From: Podarcis gaigeae
Lineage: Eukaryota
Reading direction: 5' to 3' (one strand)
Assembly (NCBI GenBank): GCA_964106915.2
Contig: OZ066914.1
DNA: 64,000 bases
The notes beneath the pieces were generated by a model, which was not told where the DNA came from, searched no databases, and saw nothing but the letters and a program-made list of their open reading frames with translations. The position numbers and the translations under genes were made by a program. Shown in pieces: positions 1 to 12,675 of this stretch. Position 1 is the stretch's first letter. Each line of letters begins with the position of its first letter.

Positions 1-24
1 TCATGAATTTTCATCTTAAGTCTT

Positions 25-320
25 TCCAGAGGGGTAGCCATCTTGGTCTCTTGCAGTAAGTAAGCAAATAATCAAAGAGTCTCGTGGCACCTTAAACTCT
101 AACCAAGTTATTATGGCATTCGCTTTTGTAGATGCATGCCCCGCAGTAGTTTTTCCTAGAAAAAGAGGTACTGGAACTCAACTTGAACACCTCCCTCATT
201 CTCTTAGAATAGCAATGGTGCCCACCTGAGAGTTCTGGTTGAAAAAAAGCCCTGCCCCTAAGTCCATGAAAGCTTGTGCCACCATGCAATAAATTTGTTA
301 ACCTTTAGACAGCACCATGT
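25..320. mobile_element. Degenerate Penelope-like inverted remnants interrupted by a short DNA-transposon-like insert
   Basis: gtagccatcttggtc...ggcaccttaaa resembles the element at 31030. An inverted counterpart (gaaagcttgtgcca...aataaatttgttaacctttag) lies at ~265-320. Confidence 0.5.
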
Positions 321-1662
321 TGCAAGATGAGATTTTGTCCATGACTCTACCAGCAGTGTTTCCCCTCCACACCTCTCACTTCTTTCCCTCTGAGGGATAG
401 TCCTGTGAAACTCAGAAGCTGGCTCGCTGATTTGTGATTATTATTTGGGTCTAACAGAGTTATTGTGTCACTGTTGTCACTTGAGGGCTGCATTCTCCCA
501 GAGCCTCCGCCCCACCTGCCCTGAGTATCTCACAACTGTAAAATCTTAGGAAATGACCCGTTCACTTTTCTCCAGTCCAGAGAGGAATGCTGAGTCTGGC
601 TCTCCTGCTGAGCTGCCAGTAGACTGTGGGAGCTCATGTCATACCTAAGGAATTGGTTTGTGGTGAGGTATGAGACCGTTTTTCCACCACCCCCTCTGGG
701 AGGTTGTGCAGAGGGGGCTAAAGCTGTCAAGGAGTTTATGAGCTGCTTGAACACAATGGTTTCTTGCCAAGCCATCCCTACTCTTAATTCACATATTGCT
801 GGCTGGTCCCCAACTTCAGCTCAAGGATTATCTCATGTGTGTGTGCTAAAATGCATGCACGTTTCCCCTGAAAAGTCTCCTGTATGCAGAGCCGCAATAG
901 GCAGTTCCAATGAGTACCTTACTTCTGTGTGGCTTCTTTTTCAGTTTGCACTTCAATATATGGAGGATCAACAAATTTTCTTCTCATATGTTTCAGGACT
1001 CAGAGACCGGTGCCTGATTTGAGACACCACAGCAAACTTTGTTTTGCGGAAACTGAGTTTCCAAGCATATAAGCAAACCATGGTTTATGCTGCTTGTCTG
1101 CAGGGCCTTAGTATGGGGTGAGGCTGGTAATGCCACAGAAGCACTTTCAGGGTCTAATCCCGCGCTGTAAACTCTTGAAAAGATGACTGTTGCCAAGCAG
1201 TCCTTTATCCCTCTTGATCCCTCAACCTGCATCTGATGCCTGAAGCTGCCAACATCAGAGGTAACCAATGAGAGTTAAGTTTTGCAGTGTTACTTTGGAT
1301 TAGTGTAGTTCCATTCTGGTAGTGTTTATATCAATTTTGATCTACATATTCACTCTTTCTTTCCCTATACTGCATATACTCCTTTTGTGTAAACTACTGT
1401 ATTGGATTTCTGGGTTATGCTGGTTGCTGGACAGTAAAGGGCTGGTCATTTTCCCATAGTTGCTTAGACCATCTGAACCACATTATCAGTAGTTTAGTGT
1501 CTGGGGAGGCAGGCCAAAGTTGCCAAACTCTACTCCCAAGGAGACCACCCACAGGCAGTGGGATTCCCACATCTCTTGCTGTAGGGGACACATCAGCAGA
1601 GAGTAATTGGACAGAACCCCCTTTACTACTGGACTACAAGGTTCATGCTGCAGTGGAGGACC

Positions 1663-1718
1663 CATAGAATCATAGAGTTGGAAGAGACCACAAGGGCCAT
1701 CAAGTCCAACCCCCTGCC
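1663..1718 (-). mobile_element. CR1 LINE 3' tail fragment
   Basis: catagaatcatagagttggaag...gtccaacccc is the reverse CR1 terminus with (ATTCTATG)-type tail. Confidence 0.7.
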
Positions 1719-2619
1719 AAATGCAACCCCCTCTTGTTGCATTTGGTACCCTGGATTTACCCTTGTAACTCTGATGAGAAGGTATGGGAAGGCATTTTTG
1801 AAGAGGTGGTGCTAGCCTGAGAAAGCACTTGGGATGTATCATCAAGCCAGTTGACTGATCTCCTTGCCTGGACGCCATGTGTCCTGCTCCTGGATTGGTC
1901 TGGAGGTGGGTGCTTCTTAGTGTTTGCCCACCACTGAGGCAGACATAAATTGCCAGTGACATCGGTAGCAGCTTTGCATGTGGATTTTGTCTTGGGTGGG
2001 AGCACGTGCTTGGTGGGGTGGAGCTTCCTCTTTGCCATGATTTGACCACTGAGGCATCGCTGGAGGACACTGCAAGAGGGTGTTTGACCACCGGTATTCA
2101 TAAGACATCACTCATTATCTGCTATCCTGTCTGTTATATAGAGACCCAGGAGATTACTTTCTGAAACCTTTGTTCACGCAAGCAAAATAGTTCAATTTCT
2201 TTTGGATGGCAGTAATAGCTTCGTAACACAGAGAGTGGCTCTCTATACATTGGCTGGGGGAAAAAATCAGGAAAAAGGACTTAGAAAAAATTGCTAAATT
2301 GTTGTGGTGATTCAGGTTTAATCAGAACTCAAGCTGGATTTGAGTTTGTTGGTGTCCCTGCTACCTTCTGTTGGCTTAAATTATTGATGTATGTTCTGTA
2401 TTATTTTATTGATACTATTGCTACAAGTTTATCCTGGCCTTTGGCTAGAACAATAAACTTATGAACTGAACTACAAAGTACCGCCATTCATAAAATATTG
2501 TATTTTACAGCCTGGTTTTTAAGCCTTTTCTACTTCACCTAGAAGAGCATAATGTGTACTAATTCAAATGGGAGCACTTGAACCCCCACGTTACTCATCT
2601 AATTCCAGTGACTGGCCTC

Positions 2620-2954
2620 AGTCCGGTCGTGACCAACTCTGGGGTTGCGGCGCTCATTTCGCCTTAATGGCTGAGGGAGCCAGCGTTTGTCCGCAGACAG
2701 CTTCCAGGTCATGTGGCCAGCATGACTAAACCGCTTCTGGCGAACCAGAGCAGCACATGGAAACACCGTTTCCCTTCCCACCGGAGTGGTACCTATTTAT
2801 CTACTTGCACTTTGACGTGCTTTTGAACTGCTAGGTTGGCAGGAGCGGGGACCAAGCAACGGGAGCTCACCCCGTTGCGGGGATTCGAACCGCCGACCTT
2901 CTGATCGGCAAGTCCTAGGCTCTGTGGTTTAACCCACAGTGCCACCCGCGTCCC
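2620..2954 (-). mobile_element. Sauria SINE
   Basis: GGGACGCGGGTGGCACTGTGGGTTAAACC head with B-box GGTTCGAATCC. Body closely matches the copy at 49870. Confidence 0.92.
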
Positions 2955-3814
2955 TTTGTCCAGTTGTTGTAGGGATAGCCAAAATGATCTCATCCAGATG
3001 TTTTGGACTCCAAGCTGCCATCAGCAAAAGCCAGCATAGTCAATGGTCATGGATGATAGGAGCTGTTTTCCAACAACTACTGGAGGGCCACTGGTTCCCC
3101 AGTCCTGAGCCTCAGACACTTAATGTGCATAACAAGTGGTGGCTTATCTCCCCATGCACATCCAAAGATGCAAATCGTGGAACTGGGCTGGTGTAAAAAG
3201 TCTTGTTATGCCGCACTGGCAAGCAACGAAACTGCTGAAGCTGCGTGGCAAAGTATGGAATACTGGCTCAGTTGCCTGAGCAACAAGAATAAATTTCTCG
3301 CTCCAGCAGATCAGAGAAACAAGAATTGCAAATGGGCATGGAAAAAGTGGTAGTCCCCTGCCTCTGGCATGAATGTTTTTTTGTGACGCTTGAAATGGCA
3401 ACCCTTAACAGTGCAAACCAAATCTTGGGAGATGAAGAAAAAAGCATAGCAGTAGTAGTATTTGACAAGTTCAGTGGGACCCTAATGAGCATACAGTAAG
3501 GCTGATGCGGGGCATGAATTCATTCTTAAGCACACCTGCACCATGCAGAGAAGTCTGTTTCTCCTTTGCTGAATGGGGATAAATAGCTTCATATGGTTCT
3601 TTAGTGTTGAGTATACATGAAGCAAAACTAAGCACTCAATGAATTTTCTCCCTCTTGCTAGTGCTGTTGATCTCTGCAAATTTTGAGGAACTCTACTGAT
3701 CAACCTAGGAAAGCTAAAATGTATTTTTTGAAGAGAGCTATTATGGTTAGGAGAAAATGACATCCTCTTAATGAAATAGCAACATTGAAAGTGGTAAGTG
3801 GTCCGGGGCTTGGA

Positions 3815-3908
3815 AGAGCTGTCTGCAGACAGCCTGAAAGTGGAGATGACCGCCACACCCCATAGTCGAATTCAACTGGACTTAATTGTCCAGGGGTCCT
3901 TTACCTTT
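3815..3908 (+). mobile_element. Sauria SINE 3' fragment
   Basis: gctgtctgcagaca...aggggtcctttacctttt terminus. Confidence 0.75.
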
Positions 3909-4739
3909 TGCTGCATAACTGAAAAGGCATTCATGGATGGGTGATGCAATCTTTCAACATGAAAGTTTCTGAAAGAAAAGTGGAGCTGCAGAGAAGTAGC
4001 CATGGAGGTCCAGGCTGTTGTTTTCTTGGAGAACACAAACCCATGTCCAGGTTTCTTCAAAAGTGGAGTAGGATCACAGTGGTAGAAGGGTGGGGAAAGA
4101 TCAGCCAAGATCACACTGCCCGTTTGCTTCAAGAGCAAACTGCCTGTTTGTCAAAATGTGAATATCTTAGTGGAAGTGTGACAGTGTGCTCAGGGTGTAA
4201 AAAGCCTTGGCTTGGTCTTTTGTATTCTGGATGGGAAGAAAATCATAGGTCTGAACACTAGCTCTCTTGTGCATGCTGTCATTCATTTATGGCAAGTTTT
4301 CCTGGTTAATTAAGGTGCTGGCAGGATATACATCCAGGCTAGGCTCTGCTGCACACAGATGTACTTGGCACATGAAAGCATGGCCTTGTACTTTTGATTT
4401 GCTTGGCTTTGTCTGTTGCCTCCCTCCGCCCCCACTCCCCTCTGCTTGTCTACAAATTGCAGGAGTCTTCCTCGCACAATTGCACAGTTTCCTAAAGGCC
4501 ATGGGAAGCCATATGAATGCAATGCCACTTTTGAAGACTGATACCCTTCTCAGTAGCATGTGATAGCTGTAATCCTACGAGAACAGAATTCTAGCTAGAA
4601 TTGTACCCAAGCTATTAGAAAGTGTTTAGTGGTTCTAACCTGGGACTTGCTAAGAAGAAACATGGTGAAATCAAAAGATATGGAGTTTTAGGCACTAAAA
4701 TATGTAGACCTCCCCCCCCAATGGCATAGCTTACAACTG

Positions 4740-4952
4740 TGGACTCGTAATCTGGTGAACCGGGTTCGCTTTCCCGCTCCTCCACATGCAGCTGCTGGGT
4801 GACCTTGGGCTAGTCACACTTCTCTGAAGTCTCTCAGCCTCACTCACCTCACAGTGTTTGTTGTGGGGGAGGAAGGGAAAGGAGATTGTTAGCCGCTTTG
4901 AGACTCCTTAGGGTAGTGATAAAACGGGTATCAAATCCAAACTCTTCTTCTT
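4740..4952 (+). mobile_element. Squam3-like tRNA-derived SINE, 5'-truncated, (CTT)n tail
   Basis: gggtgaccttgggctagtcac core, L2-like 3' end, ctcttcttcttc tail, caactg repeated on both flanks. Confidence 0.8.
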
Positions 4953-5080
4953 CAACTGAGCTCTTGGAACTGCATGGGCAGGTATGTTGTGCACAACTAC
5001 ACACATAGTCCTACTGCTACCTTTTGCATGGAATGGCATCATCTGAAGCACTTAAGTGGAAAACACCCAAGGGATTCTAG

Positions 5081-5444
5081 TTGTTGTTGTTTAGTCGTGT
5101 CCGACTCTTTGTAACCCCATGGACCAGAGCACGCCAGGCACTTCTGTCTTCCACTGCCTCCCGCAGTTTGGTCAGACTCATGTTTGTAGCTTCAAGAACA
5201 CTATCCAACCATCTCATCCTCTGTCGTCCCCTTCTCCTTGTGCCCTCCATCTTTCCTAACATCAGGGTCTTTTCCAGGGAGTCTTCTCTTCTCATGAGGT
5301 GGCCAAAGTATTGGAGCCTCAGCTTCACGATCTGTCCTTCCAGTGAGCACTCAGGGCTGATTTCCTTCAGAATGGATAGGTTTGATCTTCTTGCAGTCCA
5401 TGGGACTCTCAAGAGTCTCCTCCAGCACCATAATTCAAAAGCAT
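5081..5444 (-). mobile_element. BovB (RTE-clade) LINE 3' end, 5'-truncated
   Basis: ORF RVPWTARRSNLSILKEISPECSLEGQIVKLRLQYFGHLMRREDSLEKTLMLGK...GVTKSRTRL, (CAA)n tail, tctagt at both flanks. Confidence 0.95.
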
Positions 5445-6681
5445 CTAGTACACACAGGCAATTTCAAAGGTTAGAGTGAAGAACTAAATTGGACATCTTG
5501 TGGCTCTCCAAAGGAGAAAAGGTAACTGCTACATTACAATAAATGCCTTTTCCCCATGATTAGTTTGCAGAAGCTTCTTAAAGTCCTGCATTTTAAGGTA
5601 TGTTCAAATGCCATGTATTACTTACAAAATATGCAGTCTGGTAGGTTCCCCAGAATTTTACTGAACGCACAGCACTACTACAGAGCAGCCATCCTTGCTA
5701 TTTAGCATTTGGATGTATTCAAGGGAGATCCAAAATCTCCCCCCCAAATTTTGAGAATTATGGAGAGGGAAACTGTTAAAAACGAGGCGGAAATGAGATA
5801 TTCCCCCCAAATATGAGTCAGCAAGCTAAGCTGGGAGCAGAATTACAATCAGACCTCAGTCTTAAGTTTGAAACCGCATATCCTTTTAGGAGATATGACC
5901 AGGCAATTTATGGGCAGGGTAGTGAATGCCAACGAGTTCTTTTGAGGAGCTCCAAAATAAACATTGATTAAAAATTCCAAGCTATATTATGAAAAAGAAA
6001 ATCTACTGCAAATGAAAAAGGAAAGTCTGATTCATGTGTGCAAGCTCACTCGCAGGAGCCTGCTACCCCCCTGCCAGAATAAAATTGATGATGCAGCCTT
6101 CTGGGAGTCCCTGCCCTATACTTCAGGCGCAAAGCTGATCACCTCAGTTAAGCAGGGAATTCTCCACTATTCTTCATGCCAGATTGCAGCTGCAATCTAA
6201 AACTACATTTACATGGAAGTAAACCCAGCTAGAAATAAGTGTGAACTAAAGAGGAGGGGAAGATGCATGTGTGAAAGGGGATGCATTTTTGGATGTAGTG
6301 TTGCTTGCAGCTGGAAAGGCTCTTCATTCCTGGACAAAACATCTTTCTTCTAATCCTGTTCAATATTCATACCTTCTTGAGAGGTTCTTTTTCTGATGGT
6401 GAGGTCTGCTTTTATTTCACAAGGAAACCCTTCCCTCTCAAATGAAGGAGGTTGTTTGTCTACTGAGTGCATACCACAATAAATTGTAATGTTTAAAAAG
6501 TTTCCCCAAGACTGTTTTTTTGCAACAACATGTTAAGATGACAACTGTTCCAGGAAGCTGCATGAGGTTTATATGATGCAATATGACAACAGCTTCCCAA
6601 GTGTGCATTTCAATGCACAGTAACGTGTTAAGAAACTGCTACCTGCAATGGCATAGACAGTGGAACGGAAACATAAATGTA

Positions 6682-6923
6682 CTGTGGTACCTCAGGTTAA
6701 GTACTTAATTCGTTCCGGAGGTCCATTCTTAACCTGAAACTGTTCTTAACCTGAAGCACCACTTTAGCTAAAGGGGCTTCCTGCTGCTGCTGCGCCGCCG
6801 GAGCCCAATTTCTGTTCTTATCCTGAAGCAAAGTTCTTAACCTGAAGCACTATTTCTGGGTTAGCGGAGTCTGTAACCTGAAGCGTATGTAACCTGAAGC
6901 ATATGTAACCCGAGGTACCACTG
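6682..6923. mobile_element. Tc1/mariner (Tigger-like) MITE
   Basis: TIRs c(t)gtggtacctc / gaggtaccactg, TA duplication, internal taacctgaag repeats. Confidence 0.9.
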
Positions 6924-6984
6924 TACACGGGCACTGTGATGTCACATTGTCCACAACTGTCATTCTCACAACACACAGGTGGAA

Positions 6985-7310
6985 GCTGCATGTCACAGTA
7001 AGCTATCAGCCATGGTTTATGGTGCAAAAGCAAACTGTGCCCACTTTGCTCCTCCCTGGCAGTGCACGGAAGAAACAAACCATGATGCTTGGGGTTAGCA
7101 TTGCATCTGACTGAACCAGGAACCATAGTTTGCTTTTTGCTTAGACAAACCACAACAGTTAAGAACAAACTTTGGCTTATCATTGTGGTTTGTCTGGAGC
7201 AAAAGAAACCGCAATTCCTGGTTCTGACATACGTCAGGAATAATGGTTTGTTTCTTCCACATGCCAGCAGTGAGGAACAAAGCAGGCCTGTGGGGTAAGC
7301 CATAGTTTAC
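6985..7310. mobile_element. Palindromic non-autonomous DNA transposon (aaaccatggttt-rich family)
   Basis: Nested inverted repeats ggaagaaacaaaccat/atggtttgtttcttcc, aaccaggaa/ttcctggtt, agacaaaccacaa/ttgtggtttgtct. Confidence 0.65.
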
Positions 7311-7721
7311 AACTTACTGTGATATTTGAACATGGCCCATGGGTTGGAATACATGGCAGAAAAAGATTTGAGAACCTGCCAGCAGCTCCACATCCTAAGC
7401 TTACAATGCCTACAACAGGTACAGAGAGACGAGGAAACGAAAGGAAGCTGGGCAGTCTGATCTGCTGTTTCCACTTCCCCAAAGTGGCTGGGAAAACCCA
7501 GCTAGATGGGCGTGGTATAAATGATAAAATTATTATTATTACTAATACTAAGGCTTAGAAGCCATTCCAAACAGTGTGTACATCAATGTAAGTGGGGAGC
7601 CCCTGTTCACAAAAGGGACATAACACCGGGTTTTCTTGGGGCACAGAAGATCTTGTCTATTATATACCCCACCCACCACAGGCAGAAAGAGGGAGAGGAA
7701 GTAAAATGTCCATCCTTATAT

Positions 7722-7727
7722 TTTAAT
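7722..7727 (-). terminator. Candidate distal polyadenylation signal ATTAAA
   Basis: tttaat on + strand, with U-rich upstream and U/GU-rich downstream sequence on the minus strand. Confidence 0.55.
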
Positions 7728-9242
7728 GGCAAAACCCAACAAAACATTTAAACTGTCAGAGAAAAGCCAACGGAAGCACACGCTTCCAATACAGTTACAA
7801 AAATAATAATAATAATACAGTCCATCAAAAGTGTCCTAATAGTCTGAATCTAGGAGACAGGAAGTAGGTATTGCACAGGGGAGGAAAAAAAGAAGATCCA
7901 CCCTCAAACACATTCCTCCCCCTTGGAAGTAAAACAAGCCAAGATTTGAATTGCACAGCAACTCGGCTTAGGACACGCACGCGTGCACAAACACACATAC
8001 AGAGGAAACGGGGGGAAACAGTGTGCTTTGGAACTACCTGTACAAAGTTTAAGAAGACATATAAAAGGAGAGAAGGAAAGACGGCAGGCTTGTGGGATAT
8101 GAATGCTTCCAGGGGGCTCTCCTGTACATCCAGCTATAGAAGACCACTTTTCACAATTTAAGACGACCAAAGCATGAGCCCTGACGTAGCTCGGAAGGGG
8201 GAGGGCCCTGTGTGACTTTCTGCGGTGTCAGAAACTTCTCTTCCACCTCACCTGTAAGATCCATTACTGTCTCGGCCAAAAGACATGGCTGATCCAGGCA
8301 GGAAGCTTGGCTGCGCCCTGGCACTAATTGCCAGAAGAGCCTTGGGTGTTTTGCCATAGCTCTAGAGAGGAAGGCAGGGAAATATAGTGTGTGCCACAGA
8401 TATGAGAGTATCTGAATGGATGTCTGGCTTAGGCCAAGTCCACGGTTCACCTGGGAACTGGGCCCAGAGTGCTGTGTTTGGGTGTGGACACATCTGGATG
8501 GGAAGAAGAACACCGCTAGGTGGGAATGTGGATTCAAACAAACACATGGGCATGTTCTAAGTCTCAGGGGCTGTTGAAGATTGTCAATGCTTCTAATCAT
8601 AGCTAGGAGCATTAGGTACAGAAAGGAAAGTCAGTCTTGGAGGAGGATAGGTTTCCAGGCAGATGCAAGTTATTTCCTAACAGAGGATAGCTGGAGAGAC
8701 ATAGCAAGCTCCTAATCTTCCTGATTCTTCCGAAACGTAACAGGCCTTTGCAGCTCTTTCCCCCAAATTCAAACCCCTTGCATCTATAGTAAACAAAGAT
8801 TACGTTTGTGTGCAGACTTCCTTTACCCACCAGCTTGTCCATGACTCCTATGCCGCCTAAGATGCACCAATGCAAAAAAGAGAAGGGGGGAACACTAAGC
8901 AAATGCTTCTTTTGCAAACCCCTATTGCTCGGTGCTCTTCTGCTTTCCAATCTTGTCATTATCCCATAGAAAAGCATCATAACACAGAACACAGCTTGCA
9001 GCCTCACTGAGGCTAAGTGTTCTTGCTGCAACCAGAGATTTAAACTTACATAAAACAAATTTCATCCACTGCCAGCCTGCTTTTCCTTAGACTAAGCAGA
9101 GCTCTCAGCTCCCTAAATTCTGACAGGACTGCCTGTTTATAGGATTGCAAACTGCCCTACTAAAAGTCAGCTGGGCGTCTCTGTTGTTTTTGCTCCCGCT
9201 CTTGGCTACCTGCTCAATGTATTTCAAGGATGACAAATTAGC

Positions 9243-9248
9243 TTTATT
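9243..9248 (-). terminator. Candidate proximal polyadenylation signal AATAAA
   Basis: tttatt on + strand within the inferred UTR. Confidence 0.35.
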
Positions 9249-10902
9249 GCAGCTAGAGACATGCAACTGGTTAAATGCAAGTGATCCAGAAGACTCTGGA
9301 GAAACCACAGGGCTGGAAGCAAGACTCCCAGTATCCATTGCCAGAGCATGTTGAGGAATGAGTCCCTTCAACATTAGGTGGCTGCCTTTTTGTGCATATA
9401 GATAGATATGCTGGAGAGACCTGGATAAATAAATTTCTTGGCATAAAAAACCCCAGATCAGCTTGCAATAGTGCTGAAGATTCCTGAATATCATAAAGGG
9501 TATGGATACCAAATTACAATAATTCAGGGCAAGTCTTGGCAGTGGGACTGCAGGCGAAGTTGAAGGTGTGCATGTGTATGCCTAGGCTGGATGAAGGAAT
9601 AAATTGTGATGACTATTCTTGTTCAGAAAAGGAACTGGGGAGGTGGACAGTTCCATCCCTTACCACTAGCGACTGGTCCCTCGACAAATGGATAGTGTGC
9701 TATTACCACTGGCTGATGCACTTGCTTCTCTATCCTGCAATGTATGATACAGTTACGGCTATCACCCTATACTGAAAAGGGAACCCTATAGCAAAAGCCC
9801 TTAGTTCCTACTGGTGATAAGAGCTGATGGCCTATTCAGGGTGGGCTTTGAGCGCCCCTCTCAGCAAACCTTAACACGCTTTGCACACATTCACAACAAT
9901 TTGCTGTCTCCTCGATCACGGAGTGTGAAAGGAAGAGAGAAAGCAGCATGTAAGAATGGAGGCAAAAAAATCCCCCCAACCAAACAAAAAAGTAGGAAAG
10001 ATTGGAAGGAGGCACTTTCTTTTTCTTCTTCTTCAAAATTTCTAGTGCAGCAGACTCAAAAGTCAGCTTGGAGCAGCTTGCTCTTACTTGCAGAGAGGGA
10101 TGAATGCATGTGGTGTGGTCCTCCCTGGACATACCAGGCACTTTCATCCTGTTACATAGGCACCCCTTACAGGTGGGACATACAGTACGGGGCCAAAGGG
10201 CAAGGGGGTGGGGAAAGGGCAGATTGGGAGGATATGTTGTGCTGAGGCTGCAAGACTGGCCCATGACTATTTTTGTGAGTAGTCTGGCTCCTTGCCACTG
10301 TGGCTGCCACCCAAGGTTCACACCAGCAACGGAACCCAGTGATGTGTGGATGGCAGAGGCAGGGGTGCAATACACCGCCAGCATTTCCATCCCTACGTTC
10401 TGCCTTGTCTCAAGAACTGTGGCAGCAACTTTCCAGTAACAGGATATTATCACCAGGGCAATGGGCACAGCTCTTGGTCACACTACTGAGAAAGGCAGGA
10501 CCCGTTGTTGGAGAAAGTGTGGGGACTCTAAAACAGCAGGGACTCTGCCCCTTGGAGACCTCGCGTGCCAGGTGGCAGGGACCCCCAAGAGGGCCTCCGA
10601 CAGTGGTTGGAAGACACCAAGGTCTTTCTTCCCAGTGCTTTGAGGGAGCAGCAGGGCCCTCTGCAGGAGCTGGAGGCAGACAGGAAGGGAGCATTAGGCA
10701 GCAGAGCCCATCCATGGAATGTGGTGGTGGGGAACGTGGAGTCAGCGCTGCTCAACACCCACTACACAAATAACAGTGCCATGGCCAAGCCCAAACAAAG
10801 CCCCCAATCCTCTCCATGCTGGATATTCAAGGAAAGGCTGGCCAGGCTCCTGTGCCACTCTACTCCTGTTCCCCAAGGCAGGGATAAGGCATGCTCTGAG
10901 CA

Positions 10903-11019
10903 CTACACGGCTGTCTCCTGGTCCTCCCGCTGGATCATCTGGTAGTGCTGACGGTTTTCGAGGTAGGCAGCCAGGTCAGGGTCATTTGCCTTCTCAGCTC
11001 TGTGCTTGGGTGTGTCTCC
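10903..11019 (-). CDS. DGKZ: DGKZ last coding exon ([38 protein letters not shown]), PDZ-binding ETAV
   Basis: 117 nt, cag acceptor, TAG stop at 10903-10905. Confidence 0.97.
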   Translation of the reverse strand, partial: GDTPKHRAEKANDPDLAAYLENRQHYQMIQREDQETAV

Positions 11020-12608
11020 CTGCAAGAGGGAAAACAAAAGGCAACAGCAAGCTATTTATTTTAATTTACTTATCTACTGCATTTGTGCCCTGCCTTTCCT
11101 CCAAGGGGCTCAAGTTGGCATCCTCTTTGTATCATCCCCATAGGTGCATATCTGGCTTTTGGGGGGTATTGCATGTGTGGGTCTTCATTCAGTCCCCCTC
11201 CCCTGCCATGAACACACTAGGAAAGACTAAGAGAAGTATCCAAGGACAGTGGAATGTGATATTCTGGGGTGGGAGAGGATGTGGAGGGGGAGAGAGAGAA
11301 GAAATCTCATCCTTTCTCCCCTTTGAAGCCCCTTTTTACAATTTCTGCTGTCCTCAGAACAACACGGAAGGCAATCTTACTCGGCTACAAGTGATCACCA
11401 AAGAAGAAGACTGCCAAAGACTGCTTTAAAATACATAGGTAATGATAAAGCTCAGAAAAGTTATATTCTACTGAGCTTTAAAACTACCCAAAGACGCCAC
11501 ACCAGATAGCCAAATTCTACTATAAACAACACAATCACGGCTGAGCAGCATTTGGCGACTGCTTAAAGCCCTGGCGACATTATGTGTAATTTTCTGCACA
11601 TGGGGTGGGGTAGGGAAGAGTCTGTGGGAAGGGACTTCCCACGAGTTAAGAGAAGCAAGCGAAGGCCTCTGGTATGGGCCTCTGGAAGGACATACGGCTT
11701 AGCCTGGAATATCTATGTGCAAATGCAAGCAAGAGCAGAAAAAGACTCCGAGCCCTTAGAAAAACGTTTGTGGCTGAGATCTATTAAGTCGAGTGTTGCC
11801 TCAAGGAGGAGCAGGAGGAGGAGGGGAGAGACTGGAAACCAAAGGAGCATGTTGGGAAGGAATGCTTAGGGATCTCTGGGAGATTAACAGCTGACAGCTA
11901 GATAAGTCCTCAAGGACCTGTTTGCATGCTCCTGCCACCCACCCCCTTCCCCCAAACACAGTTGCTGGGAAAATAAAATAAAGGCCTGCGTTTGAATATC
12001 CTCACTACCAATTGCACTGACAGGAAAAACGGTGATTGCCTTGCACAGTTGTACAATGAAACCTTGCCATAGGCAGCTTATTTTCCTGGCCTGCAGAAGC
12101 CAGGATAATCCAAGCAAGAAGAGTGGGGGGTGGGCTGGGGTGAGGTGTGTGTCTGGGGAGTGCCCTGAAATACCATCTCCTCCACCTCCCACCCACACCA
12201 GCAGCCTTACTAGAGCTCCTGGTCCCTGCGGAGGCTCACATTTCACGAACTTATTGCAGCCATCTGGACTGCGTCCACTAATGAACTCCTACACTCCATA
12301 AAAAGCAAATCTGTTAACAGCTTTCAGCCATGTCTCCCCCTCCCTCCCCCCCCTCCCATTCCACAAGGCTCTGCCCCCCTTTCCCCTCATTAACTACCCC
12401 CACCCTCCACCAGCGCGGAGCAAACTCTGCTGCTGAGAAAGGCCAAGGAAACCTGGCTCTCTGCCGTCTCCATTGAAAGTGGGAGAGGACAGGCCTTCTA
12501 CGCTGGGCCCTCGCATCCCAGTGGGGAGAAGGCAGCAAGGAAGGCAGGGACCCAGAGACAGTCGCCGGCCATATTTCACAGGGGTGCACAATGGTTTAGA
12601 TACAGAGG

Positions 12609-12675
<67 letters not shown>

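Larger units (their letters stand above)
7700..10902 (-). other. DGKZ: DGKZ 3' UTR (approximate distal end)
   Basis: Largely repeat-free stretch after the stop codon, ending in an AU-rich segment and ATTAAA. Transposon density rises immediately beyond. Confidence 0.6.

Noticed and set aside
1020-2110. LTR/ERV-like segment or the 201-aa ORF at 1486-2091
   Set aside because: The ORF runs through a CR1 tail and I could not define termini, PBS or coding motifs
6682-6923. CRISPR-like short repeats (taacctgaag)
   Set aside because: Irregular internal repeats of a TIR/TA-bounded MITE in a vertebrate genome, with no cas genes
1-7700. Midkine (MDK) exons expected downstream of DGKZ
   Set aside because: No Cys/Trp-patterned midkine peptide was found. 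The region is mostly repeats.
10897-10905. Stop-codon readthrough masking the PDZ ligand
   Set aside because: Context is TAG TGC, not the UGA CUAG readthrough motif
10719-11429. 236-aa + strand ORF antisense to the last exon
   Set aside because: GTG start, crosses a repeat remnant, no recognisable domain, and is partly the shadow of the coding exon
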